This document shows positions 1-8,523 of a DNA stretch of 29,919 nucleotides, piece after piece; the first letter of the stretch is position 1, and each line of letters opens with the position of its first letter. A model generated the notes under the pieces. It was not told the DNA's origin. It saw only the letters and a program-made list of their open reading frames with translations, and searched no databases. A program made the position numbers and the translations under genes. Source of the DNA: a virus (lineage: Duplodnaviria > Caudoviricetes); IMG/VR virus record IMGVR_UViG_3300033076_000418, positions 1-29,919 of that record. One strand, given 5' to 3'.

Positions 1-474
1 CCACTGTTAAAAAGCATTCGAGCACACGGCCTGGGCGGGGATCGTGCTCAAGCCAAATGGGAAGATAGCAAGCCCGGTGTGGTGTATCTTGCTCGAGATC
101 CTGACGTTGCCGAAAGCTACGCAGAATCCAGTGATGTTGTGCCCGATGAGTGGCTGGATCAAATTGTAGTATTCAAAATCCGTGCTGATCAACTTGATCC
201 GTCTCGACTGTTTGTGGATCAAAACGTGCAGGACAATTCAGCAGATACACTAGAGTATCACGGTGTAATCCCTGTAGCCAGTCTTTCACTAAGTGAAAAC
301 TTCGCAGATGGCAAGGTCAAGGGCAAAAGCCGCCCAGGTCGTGTAAAACGTGCAGGTGCAAGTTGCAACGGTTCAGTAACAGACTTGCGAGCCAAAGCAA
401 AAAAGTATGGCGGCGAGCGGGGCAAGATGTATCACTGGTGTGCTAACATGAAGTCGGGCAAGAACAATAAATAA
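1..474 (+). CDS. 5'-truncated protein: ADP-ribosyltransferase-fold (Tpt1/KptA/DUF952-like) domain plus a small basic C-terminal module; putative virion cargo
   Basis: Frame 1 is open from base 1 (PLLKSIRAHGLGG...PGVVYLARDPDVAESYA...IVVFKI...LEYHGVIPVASL), so the start at 79 is not real. The L-x-SI-x3-GL, VYLA and Y-x-G-x-IP pattern resembles Tpt1/DUF952 ART folds. After LSE comes a K/R-rich module (NFADGK...HWCANMKSGK). Confidence 0.55.
   Translation, partial: PLLKSIRAHGLGGDRAQAKWEDSKPGVVYLARDPDVAESYAESSDVVPDEWLDQIVVFKIRADQLDPSRLFVDQNVQDNSADTLEYHGVIPVASLSLSENFADGKVKGKSRPGRVKRAGASCNGSVTDLRAKAKKYGGERGKMYHWCANMKSGKNNK
466..473 (+). promoter_or_regulatory. T4-type late promoter-like element AATAAATA
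   Basis: TAAATA core at 468-473, 7 nt before ATG 481, with no Shine-Dalgarno. T4 late consensus is TATAAATA. Confidence 0.55.
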
Positions 475-480
475 AATACT

Positions 481-1452
481 ATGAAAATCACTGACGTTAT
501 TCTTGAAGCCGCAGCAGACACAGTTGACAGAAGCACAACTAAAAGCCCTGCGTTGAGTGCATTACTGAAACAGGCTTATGCAAAATATCCCAGCTCTGGC
601 AGCGATATTGAGGCATACATACGTCAGGATGTTGATCACCAACAAGACACAGATAGCACATTAGATCGTCAACGCAATGTTAATAATCAACAAGGCAAAT
701 ATATTGATCGTTTGCAGGACGTGGCTCGTAAACAAAATTCTAAAATTAACTCAATTGATCAAGAAAACGATCACTTAGAAACAGAGCTTAATAAGCTAGG
801 CAAAGAACTAGATGCTTTAGAAAAAGGTGCTAAACCCAAAGAGAAAAGCAAAGAGCCAGAAGCCAAAACAGACAAAACAATACAACCAAGTTCGGGATCA
901 GTTGGAACACCTGCTTGGGCAACACTGCCGGATCAAGCAAAACCACCACCGGCTGAAGAACCCTCTGCTATGAAGTCCACTGCTGCACAATTGACTGCAC
1001 CCAAGCCGCAACAGGATCCAATGGCAGCAATGACACAGCGTATTCAACAAGGTGATCAATCAATCACTGACAAAGTCACAGGACAACAGTCCTTGGGGTT
1101 TGAGCCAACTGGTAATGTGTTAGAACCAGTTATTCCACAACAACAAAATCCAAAATTTGCTGCTGCAAAAGCAAATGCGTCGGACGTTGATCCACGTTAC
1201 TATGCCGACATAGCAAAGAGAGTTGCTGGTAGCCCTGAAGAATTCAGATCAGCAATGGGCGGTGTAAAAGAAGGCGAACAAAAGCCCGGAGAAGATTACA
1301 TCGATCCCGAAGAAGCAGACTACGGCCCAGAATATCAAGACATGGTCAGCCGTGTTAAGAAGCTAGCAGGATTGGGACCACTCAAAACTGTTTACGATCC
1401 TAACAAGCGTGTGTACCGCAACGTGCCAACAGCAGATCAACCTAAAAAATGA
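481..1452 (+). CDS. Hypothetical coiled-coil/low-complexity protein, probable head-internal virion protein
   Basis: 323-aa ORF with N-terminus MKITDVILE (capsid-targeting-like), a coiled coil, a P/Q-rich linker, and a C-terminal module after GGVKE. Confidence 0.6.
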   Translation: MKITDVILEAAADTVDRSTTKSPALSALLKQAYAKYPSSGSDIEAYIRQDVDHQQDTDSTLDRQRNVNNQQGKYIDRLQDVARKQNSKINSIDQENDHLETELNKLGKELDALEKGAKPKEKSKEPEAKTDKTIQPSSGSVGTPAWATLPDQAKPPPAEEPSAMKSTAAQLTAPKPQQDPMAAMTQRIQQGDQSITDKVTGQQSLGFEPTGNVLEPVIPQQQNPKFAAAKANASDVDPRYYADIAKRVAGSPEEFRSAMGGVKEGEQKPGEDYIDPEEADYGPEYQDMVSRVKKLAGLGPLKTVYDPNKRVYRNVPTADQPKK

Positions 1453-1799
1453 TACTACAAGATATAATCTCTGAGGACGCTACCCGGGACCTTGAAAAAG
1501 ATCTCAAGCACCCTCACAGTTATGATGCTATAGATCATATGATGCAAACCATTGCTCGACGTCGTGGCATCACTCCTAAACAACTACATGACCTTTTTGT
1601 TAAAAAGCACGGCATTAGTCCCGACGAATGGGCAAAAACAAGACTGGATGAACTACAGTTCCTAGGCAGTCAATGTACCAAAGACTGTTCAGGACACAGA
1701 GCAGGCTATGAGTGGTCTGCTCGCAAAGGCAACCGCACTGCTGCCAGTTGGAGCCCTAGCTTCAACAAAGGTGCTGCACTTCGCAACGCTGGAAAATAA
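1449..1799 (+). CDS. Hypothetical two-module protein, probable virion protein
   Basis: ATGA-type overlap with the upstream gene. N-terminus MILQDIISE. Second module after RLDE (FLGSQCTKDCSGHRAGYEW). Confidence 0.6.
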   Translation: MILQDIISEDATRDLEKDLKHPHSYDAIDHMMQTIARRRGITPKQLHDLFVKKHGISPDEWAKTRLDELQFLGSQCTKDCSGHRAGYEWSARKGNRTAASWSPSFNKGAALRNAGK

Positions 1800-1831
1800 A
1801 CAGCAACTCAACAAAACAAATACATAAGTGC

Positions 1832-2647
1832 ATGGTTGATATCATCACTGTTGTATTTGAACAAGAACTCCCAGTACTACGCCAACAAGCTCGCAGCATA
1901 GATCTGTATTGCCACGACATAGGCAACATATATATTGTTGTCAACGACAATGCCAAAGTTGCAGATCAAATTGATCGTGCATGGTGGGGACAATATGCTG
2001 ACCGTGTGGTTGTGTTGCCACGGAGCGTATTCAGTACAGCGTATGTTGACAACGGATGGCTAAGTCAACAAGTTATCAAACTCATGACCGCTGCTGTGAG
2101 CTATACTGAGTGGAGCATTGTGTTAGATGCTAAGACTATATTTGTTAAATCATTTAAACTCAGTGATATAACAGAACAACAGAAACCGGTTGTGGGCGAT
2201 TTAGATGTATATCCAGTGTTTGAACCCAGTAGACAAATTGTTAATCAACTGTTCGGCATTGATTTAACGAAACAACTTGGCCCCGGTGGTGTCCCTTTCT
2301 TCTTTCACAACGCTACAGTTCGTGCTATGATTGCAGAAGTTGAAAAACGCACACAGCAATCTTTTCCTGCGTGGTTCCAAGCACAAGGCATGCTCACAGA
2401 GTTTTTGTTGTACTCGGGCTACCTAGTATACACCGACAAACTTGATAAGCTGTATAATATTAATCGCTGTGATGTTGATGTTGTAAATATATGTCACTCA
2501 GAAGTTGCATCATTTGATCGTTTGTTTAAACAAATGTGCAGCCCAACAGCACTAACAGTTAGTGTACATCGCAATGCGTGGACTAACTTAACAGCAGAAC
2601 AACAACAAAAATATATAGATCTATTGGCTTCACGAGGAATTCAATGA
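1832..2647 (+). CDS. DUF6492-like putative GT-A glycosyltransferase
   Basis: DIITVVF N-terminal strand, IYIVVND, GWLSQQVIKL and VLDAK (DxD-like position). Paralog of 5010-5876. Confidence 0.6.
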   Translation: MVDIITVVFEQELPVLRQQARSIDLYCHDIGNIYIVVNDNAKVADQIDRAWWGQYADRVVVLPRSVFSTAYVDNGWLSQQVIKLMTAAVSYTEWSIVLDAKTIFVKSFKLSDITEQQKPVVGDLDVYPVFEPSRQIVNQLFGIDLTKQLGPGGVPFFFHNATVRAMIAEVEKRTQQSFPAWFQAQGMLTEFLLYSGYLVYTDKLDKLYNINRCDVDVVNICHSEVASFDRLFKQMCSPTALTVSVHRNAWTNLTAEQQQKYIDLLASRGIQ

Positions 2648-3153
2648 AAGCACTTTGTTTAGTTGCCCACCCGGATGATTGTGTAATCTTTGCGTACAGT
2701 TACATACACAATCATCCGGAGATGGCCTGGCACATCTGCTACCTAACATATTGTGAATGGGAACCACGTGCTCGAGAACTCAAAGAGTTTTGGAAACGTA
2801 GAAACATAACTTGCATATTCTTAGGCTACACTGATGACTACAGAGACATAGAAAATAAAAAAATCAGTTTCAACGAAGAGCAAGCACGTAGAGAAATCGG
2901 TAACATTGTTGAAGGCTACGACTTAGTGCTAACACATGATGAGCACGGAGACTACGGGCACATACATCATGTGTTTGTACATGATTGTGCAAAGCATCAT
3001 CCACGCTTGGTTACATTTGCCAAACCAGGCGAAGGCACAACATACACTATCCCTACAGGTACATATAGCTTAGATGAGTTTCCGCAACATCGGGATATCA
3101 TTGCCAGCTTTCACGCTGAAGAACATAAGAACAGTTACAAGGAACCACAATGA
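2644..3153 (+). CDS. PIG-L/LmbE-family N-acetyl-sugar deacetylase
   Basis: VAHPDD metal motif and THDEHGDYGHIHH (H-x-D-H-like) second motif. Confidence 0.8.
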   Translation: MKALCLVAHPDDCVIFAYSYIHNHPEMAWHICYLTYCEWEPRARELKEFWKRRNITCIFLGYTDDYRDIENKKISFNEEQARREIGNIVEGYDLVLTHDEHGDYGHIHHVFVHDCAKHHPRLVTFAKPGEGTTYTIPTGTYSLDEFPQHRDIIASFHAEEHKNSYKEPQ

Positions 3154-3962
3154 AATTAATGGTAGCAGGATGCAGCTTTTCAGCAGTATCACAGTCACTT
3201 CCGGGCACAGCTTGGAGTGAACGACTGGCACATAAACTAGGTGACTGGGAACTAGTTAACCTAGCACGCCAAGGTTGTAGCAATGGTGGCATACGTATTC
3301 AAATGGATGAGATCCGTCGCCATCGACCGGACTTTGCTGTGATCGGTCCTACGTTTTGGGATAGAATGGAAATACCTGCCAACTCGGCACCTTATGATTG
3401 GAATCAGCCACAAAGTTCAGGCGAGAATCCTCCACTAGAACGTCACTTGCAAAATCGCACATTAGGAAATGGTTACCGCAGAGAAGATGGTATTCGCAAT
3501 GTTAACTACGGTAAGGAACCCAGCAACATGATCTGCGAAACTATCTTTACACTAGCAGAAAACTTTGACCATCCATATCGCATGGCTCGCATAACAAAAC
3601 AAGCACAAAACGGTGTGCGTCATTGGATCGATTCGATCTATGACAACAACTGGAAAAAGCAACAGGATGAATGGATGATCCGCGAAGGTGTGATTATGAT
3701 GTACCTAGATGGGATCAAGTTCTTGGTATTACCTAACTTGCTGTGGCCGTTTGATGTTAAGAATACAAATCAATGGCGTGAAGCGTTTCCCGGTTTGATT
3801 CCTGATGCATACATTAACTTAGATCCTGCAAAGTCGCCGCAAAGTGTCTGCGGCAACAATCCCTTTAAGGGAGAAGATCCTGGCTATCATTCAAGTCCCG
3901 AAGGACAAGAAGTCATTGCAGAAAACTTTTACCAACACATTGTTGCTAACTTTAGTTTCTAA
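3150..3962 (+). CDS. SGNH/GDSL hydrolase-like protein (possible O-acyl esterase or transferase)
   Basis: Block I VAGCSFS, block II NLARQGCSN, C-terminal GYHSSPEGQEVIAE (block V His). Confidence 0.6.
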   Translation: MKLMVAGCSFSAVSQSLPGTAWSERLAHKLGDWELVNLARQGCSNGGIRIQMDEIRRHRPDFAVIGPTFWDRMEIPANSAPYDWNQPQSSGENPPLERHLQNRTLGNGYRREDGIRNVNYGKEPSNMICETIFTLAENFDHPYRMARITKQAQNGVRHWIDSIYDNNWKKQQDEWMIREGVIMMYLDGIKFLVLPNLLWPFDVKNTNQWREAFPGLIPDAYINLDPAKSPQSVCGNNPFKGEDPGYHSSPEGQEVIAENFYQHIVANFSF

Positions 3963-5013
3963 TCACTGACAACATTTCTTGCATGGCAGCGTCAGTTTCT
4001 TGCTGCAACCTACACAGCCTATCACGGTTATGATCCAAGATAGGCTGTATTTTTTTGTAGACTTTTACTGGATCTTGTTGTGCTAGCGATAGCATCTGTG
4101 AAAACGCCATTGAATAGCGTCGTACGTCTAGTTGCTCGTAATCATATGACTCATCAATCACAGATCCAAATGTTTCAAAGCCCAGTGTACGCATAGTATG
4201 TAAAAACTCCGGAATAGCAAAAGCCACAAACAGTCTGCCGGCAAACAAACATTTTGTAGTTTTTTCTGTTAAGAAGAATTTGCGTCCAACTGGATGGCTT
4301 TCTGCAATTACAGAGAACCAACTGTTACGATAAAAATCATAAGGCACAAACGGGCTTATGCTTTTTGTTAGCTCAGGTGCAACTTCCCAAGCTGGGTTGA
4401 TGTTCTCACTGACATACGGCCACTGTAGTTCTTCGTCAAAGTGTTTTGCTACAGCATCAGTTAACTGATCGAAGATTTGACCTGTGTTAAAAATATCCCT
4501 GTAACTCAACAAGCATTGACTCATTAACTTAGGGTGACGTTGCAAAGACAACATTATAAAATCTCTGTGCGGCTTTCTGGCACCCAGCAACACATCAAAC
4601 AAAAACGGTTTGCTTGTGCTGCTGGTATCTTGATACTGATTCATACGCATCAAATTATATGCCCACCAAGGACGATACACCATGTTGTAACGGTCTGGCA
4701 GCTGATCCAATGTAATGCAGCCCAGTGCAGCTTTTAACACTGGTATGCCAGTTCGATCTTTCCACTGCCATAGATCTTCTGGCGACAATGCTTCGATGTC
4801 GCTGGCAATGACCAAATCGAATTGACTCAATGCTGGTTCTAGTCCGGGCTGGTATGCGTAGTTTGCAGGATCAGTACACAATGCCGGCAGCACAGCAATC
4901 TTGTAAGGTTGAGCCAACACAGTCTGTAGGTCACCACGTGGTGCTTGTATGTTCCAGTCTGCCAATACATCAATGCCCGACATTGGACTGTACACAGGAA
5001 AGTCTAAGGTCAT
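3952..5013 (-). CDS. Putative glycosyltransferase of the phage 'TEKT' family (GT-B/GT10-like C-terminus)
   Basis: KPHR, FSVIAES...FLTEKTTK...LGFETFGSVIDESYD...RR motif, shared with 9427-10299 and 21703-22650. Confidence 0.5.
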   Translation of the reverse strand: MTLDFPVYSPMSGIDVLADWNIQAPRGDLQTVLAQPYKIAVLPALCTDPANYAYQPGLEPALSQFDLVIASDIEALSPEDLWQWKDRTGIPVLKAALGCITLDQLPDRYNMVYRPWWAYNLMRMNQYQDTSSTSKPFLFDVLLGARKPHRDFIMLSLQRHPKLMSQCLLSYRDIFNTGQIFDQLTDAVAKHFDEELQWPYVSENINPAWEVAPELTKSISPFVPYDFYRNSWFSVIAESHPVGRKFFLTEKTTKCLFAGRLFVAFAIPEFLHTMRTLGFETFGSVIDESYDYEQLDVRRYSMAFSQMLSLAQQDPVKVYKKIQPILDHNRDRLCRLQQETDAAMQEMLSVIRN

Positions 5014-5876
5014 AAACGTTGCTTTATAGCATCCAAGTGTTTTTCAAAATCAACCACACAGCCTCGATCCCAATCAAACTGCAAACTCTGAGACAAGTCT
5101 GGAATAGCATCGCACACAGCATTGTAATTATTAGCATCAAGGTCATTGATTTTGTGTAGTGCATCATACTCATATCTAGTTTGTGCTTGTGTTGTTAGAT
5201 TGCCTCGATGCACAGCCCAGTTGCCCAACAGTTCATATTCCGAGAACCATTTAATGACGTTACCTGTGCCCCAAGGCGGTACCGTGGGCATGCCTGGCAC
5301 AGCTTCAATGATAGCATCCAACCACTTCTTCCCGGGCCAACGTTGTTCAATGTGATACTTCAAGCAAGCAAAGTCCATTTTATACACAGCACACAGTTCA
5401 GTGACAAAACAATCTTTGCTGGGTTGTGGTATCCCTGTTATGGCTTCAAACACACCATTGTAACTGCCATGCTGAACTCCAGGCAACACCAACATATTGA
5501 GCCTATTATTAACAAAAGGATTATAGGGCTGTATCATAAACGTGTCTGGATCGTGCATCAGCATGATGTCGCTGTTGATATAATCAAGGTACGCTAGTTT
5601 GATTGCTTGCTGACGTAACCACCAACCTCGGTAGTCATCTTCAAATACCCAATTGTTTACTTCAGGATAACGTTGATATATTTCACTGTCGTTGATGTAG
5701 GTAAACTTGCAAGTGTCAATGCCGTGTCGTTCGAATATAGGATTTAGTTCTTCGCTGGTCAGCGGACTAGCAACAATGGTATTGTCTATGCCTTGTAAGT
5801 TGTGATCAAACTGCAATGCCAGGCAGGCATGCGGCACGCGATACTTTGCTAAAAATAATACTCTAGATGCTGTCAT
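5010..5876 (-). CDS. DUF6492-like putative GT-A glycosyltransferase
   Basis: GWWLRQQAIKL, MHDPDT (DxD), FSEYELLG. Paralog of 1832-2647. Confidence 0.6.
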   Translation of the reverse strand: MTASRVLFLAKYRVPHACLALQFDHNLQGIDNTIVASPLTSEELNPIFERHGIDTCKFTYINDSEIYQRYPEVNNWVFEDDYRGWWLRQQAIKLAYLDYINSDIMLMHDPDTFMIQPYNPFVNNRLNMLVLPGVQHGSYNGVFEAITGIPQPSKDCFVTELCAVYKMDFACLKYHIEQRWPGKKWLDAIIEAVPGMPTVPPWGTGNVIKWFSEYELLGNWAVHRGNLTTQAQTRYEYDALHKINDLDANNYNAVCDAIPDLSQSLQFDWDRGCVVDFEKHLDAIKQRL

Positions 5877-6868
5877 GGTCTGTTACAGGTTGCCACACAT
5901 TGATATGTGCGTCCTTCTTTGATGCTAGATTGGGCCCAAGTCTCCTCAACTCGATCGAACCACTGCAAACAATGTTCCAGTGGATATTCAAGTGCATTGT
6001 TTTCGGCCACAAGCTCACGCAACTCTCGATTACCTGGATGCGTCATTGTCTTGGGATAGAATCCCAAGTAGCAACATGGATACACAGAGCCGTCTGCTGC
6101 TATGTATATTTCTTGATTTTTCTTGTGAAAACAAAACAAGTTGAGTTCTTCGGTGTCTCTGTGATGTGTCACTGTGTTCTTGTCATACCAAGTGATGTGA
6201 CTTTGCAGCAGGTCTTTTAGAGCAGGTCTCGATGCACCAGGATCGTGACCGATTTGATGAGAGAATTCTCCTGTGCGTGTGTACACAGGGCCATTGTCTC
6301 GCCCATCGTAGATGTTTTCAAAGTATTTGAATCCCATTTTCTCAGCCAATGCTTTGCACTCCGCTTCTTGATGACGGTTGTGATCAAACGGGATGAATCG
6401 CCATATAGCATACCCGCCTGCATCAATGAATGCTTGTGCATGGTCTATGATTCTTTGCCAGTTGGTATCCAGTCTATAGAGACCGTGAGTGTCTGCAAGG
6501 CCGTCAAGATCAAAGCCAATCTCTACGCCAGGTAATGCTAGTCTACGCCACCACGAAGAGTTGCGTAAACTTCCGTTTGTGTTGATTTTTACTTTTACAT
6601 TGTGACTGACAAGATACTCAACAATTTCCAAGGCATGTTTTGCAGAAGCAAAGTCTCCCAGGTTGCCGTTGAAACTTACGCCCTGTGTGAGCTGTGGCAA
6701 TAGTGCAGGGGGTAATATTTTTTTAAAGTCAGTGAACTCTAGTTCGCATTCGGGATATCCAGAGTTGTATTCGGACCCACGATAGTTTCGCATACACATA
6801 GGACATCTAGCGTTGCAGCGGGTCGTGAGCTCCACATGCACCGAGCGTACTTCTGACAGTTTTAGCAT
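5873..6868 (-). CDS. Radical SAM protein with C-terminal SPASM/twitch-like Cys domain
   Basis: CNARCPMC (CxxxCxxC), NGNLGD, INTNGS, FDLDGL, IAADGSVYPCCY, C-terminal CVATC. Confidence 0.9.
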   Translation of the reverse strand: MLKLSEVRSVHVELTTRCNARCPMCMRNYRGSEYNSGYPECELEFTDFKKILPPALLPQLTQGVSFNGNLGDFASAKHALEIVEYLVSHNVKVKINTNGSLRNSSWWRRLALPGVEIGFDLDGLADTHGLYRLDTNWQRIIDHAQAFIDAGGYAIWRFIPFDHNRHQEAECKALAEKMGFKYFENIYDGRDNGPVYTRTGEFSHQIGHDPGASRPALKDLLQSHITWYDKNTVTHHRDTEELNLFCFHKKNQEIYIAADGSVYPCCYLGFYPKTMTHPGNRELRELVAENNALEYPLEHCLQWFDRVEETWAQSSIKEGRTYQCVATCNRP

Positions 6869-6873
6869 GCGAA

Positions 6874-6881
6874 TATTTATA
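6874..6881 (-). promoter_or_regulatory. Perfect T4-type late promoter TATAAATA driving the rSAM-DUF6492-TEKT operon
   Basis: + strand TATTTATA at 6874-6881 reads TATAAATA on the - strand, 5 nt before the ATG at 6868. Confidence 0.75.
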
Positions 6882-6893
6882 GGCTAACATTTT

Positions 6894-6901
6894 GCTAAAT
6901 A
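6894..6901 (+). promoter_or_regulatory. T4-type late promoter-like element GCTAAATA
   Basis: 5 nt before ATG 6907; mirror image of the - strand promoter (TAAATATTC-nn-ATG on both arms). Confidence 0.65.
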
Positions 6902-6906
6902 TTCTT

Positions 6907-7194
6907 ATGGAAACCAAATTTGTTCAAGTTCTATGTGACGTTAACATTGGCAAGTGGGAAGGCGATGTTCGTTATCGTGCCTACGTCAATGGTGAACTAT
7001 TCACTGAACGAACATGGATTTGGCGGGATTCTTACTTGGAAGAAATGTTGCAGATAGAAGCTCCCGCAGGTAGATACAAGATAGAGTATGAACTAGTGCA
7101 GCCCTGTGTGGCCAAGATGAAGGTTAGAAATATCAGGGTAGTAAAAGGGCCAGCGATTATATTAGACGGCAACGTTGTAGAGGTAAAACGATGA
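6907..7194 (+). CDS. Hypothetical beta-rich small protein
   Basis: Start reassigned from TTG 6892 (inside the promoter) to ATG 6907 (METKFVQ). ATGA overlap with the next gene. Confidence 0.65.
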   Translation: METKFVQVLCDVNIGKWEGDVRYRAYVNGELFTERTWIWRDSYLEEMLQIEAPAGRYKIEYELVQPCVAKMKVRNIRVVKGPAIILDGNVVEVKR

Positions 7195-7415
7195 AAATGC
7201 GTGAAATTATGGAAAACGCCAGTGTAGGCGGAACCTGTGCTGGTGCTATTGCTCCAGTGGAGTCTGCACTGGGCGGGCCGATATCAAGATCTGGCGGATC
7301 CATGCTCAGTGGTAAATATGTAACGGGTTCTGATCCTACACCGAACACACCCAAAGAATTAAAAAGGTACAAACAAAATGCTCGCGGACGCTTTAAAAAC
7401 TCTCCTGGCAACTGA
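7191..7415 (+). CDS. Small hypothetical protein, probable virion protein
   Basis: AGAGGT SD-like sequence upstream. N-terminus MKMREIME, then a G/S-rich segment and a basic tail. Confidence 0.6.
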   Translation: MKMREIMENASVGGTCAGAIAPVESALGGPISRSGGSMLSGKYVTGSDPTPNTPKELKRYKQNARGRFKNSPGN

Positions 7416-7821
7416 ATATGCTTACGCAGTCAAGGCCCAGTTCTTTCACTGGAACGTAGAAGGCCCAGACTTTGCACAATTGCACGGTTTCTTTGCCATG
7501 CTGTATGAAGATGTCAATGACAATGCCATTGATCAAACAGCAGAGTACATCCGCACCTTAGACGATTACACACCTGGCAGTTTTGAACGTTTCAGTGAAC
7601 TGTCAGTGATCGAAGGACAGACCAAAGTCCCACGTGCTCGACTCATGATCGAAGAATTGCTGGCCAACAATGGCCAAATGATAGAATTACTCAATGAAAC
7701 CTTTGCGGTTGCTGAACAAGAAAACCAACAAGGTATCGCTAACTTTATTGCTGAACGCATTGATGCACATGGCAAGTGGGGTTGGCAGTTGAAGAGTTTC
7801 TTGAAAGACGCTAGAGCATGA
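7378..7821 (+). CDS. dps: Dps family DNA-protecting ferritin-like protein
   Basis: KAQFFHWNVEGPDFAQLHGFF signature, DQTAEYI ferroxidase-site region, C-terminal HGKWGWQL. Confidence 0.9.
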   Translation: MLADALKTLLATEYAYAVKAQFFHWNVEGPDFAQLHGFFAMLYEDVNDNAIDQTAEYIRTLDDYTPGSFERFSELSVIEGQTKVPRARLMIEELLANNGQMIELLNETFAVAEQENQQGIANFIAERIDAHGKWGWQLKSFLKDARA

Positions 7822-8522
7822 GCAATGACATTAGAGACATCCTGCAAAGACTAAGTGTAGTAGAATCCAACATCACACCGGCTTCGGTCAAACACGGTCT
7901 TAACAAACAACAAAAGTCAGTGCCACAACTGCCTGCTTTGTTGAAAGCAAAAAACATCAAAGCTCTGGGCAGCAAAACTGATCCCAAGCATCCGTTTGCT
8001 GGCTACATGGTTGGCGGCGGAGCTGCTGAAAGTGTAGAGTCTGCTAAGACTGCACTGGAAGAAGCCATGCAGGAAGTCGAAGAAGATATGATCAGCAAAG
8101 TCAAGCGTGACTTAACACATTACTTAGACAAGCTAGAAAAGAAAGTTGCTGTTGATCGTGATTTGACAGACAAAGCCAAGGACGCAGTGGAAGCTGGCAA
8201 GGCCGAAGAAGAGATTGAAGAAAACGATTACGAACTCACTGACCCTGGCACAGAGCACGAAGTGGCCAGTGCAATTAACACAGCAGCCGCACAGCCACAA
8301 CAGCCAATCAAAGTCATGGAACTGGACGATGGTGCTGTGTTTGAAGTACACGGCAACGACGAAGTAGGTTTTGTTATTTCACATCGTGGCCGCCCACTGC
8401 CCAGCAAATTTAAAACTGTGGATGACGCAGACATTGCAATGAACTTGTTCAAAGCACACAGAGCAAAAAAGCAAGCTCCCCCTGAACAAGATCTCAATCA
8501 AGATTACATAGAAGAACGATAA
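7818..8522 (+). CDS. Hypothetical acidic multi-module protein, probable virion protein
   Basis: 234 aa, N-terminus MSNDIRDILQRLSVVE, several internal (L/I/V)-x-E sites. Confidence 0.6.
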   Translation: MSNDIRDILQRLSVVESNITPASVKHGLNKQQKSVPQLPALLKAKNIKALGSKTDPKHPFAGYMVGGGAAESVESAKTALEEAMQEVEEDMISKVKRDLTHYLDKLEKKVAVDRDLTDKAKDAVEAGKAEEEIEENDYELTDPGTEHEVASAINTAAAQPQQPIKVMELDDGAVFEVHGNDEVGFVISHRGRPLPSKFKTVDDADIAMNLFKAHRAKKQAPPEQDLNQDYIEER

Positions 8523-8523
8523 T

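Noticed and set aside
1815-1830. Late promoter before ORF 1832
   Set aside because: Only degenerate CAAATA and TAAGTG matches; too weak to call.
5873-6868. Radical SAM gene as the missing queE
   Set aside because: It lacks the QGEG N-terminal motif, has a SPASM/twitch-like tail, and lies in a separate opposite-strand operon.
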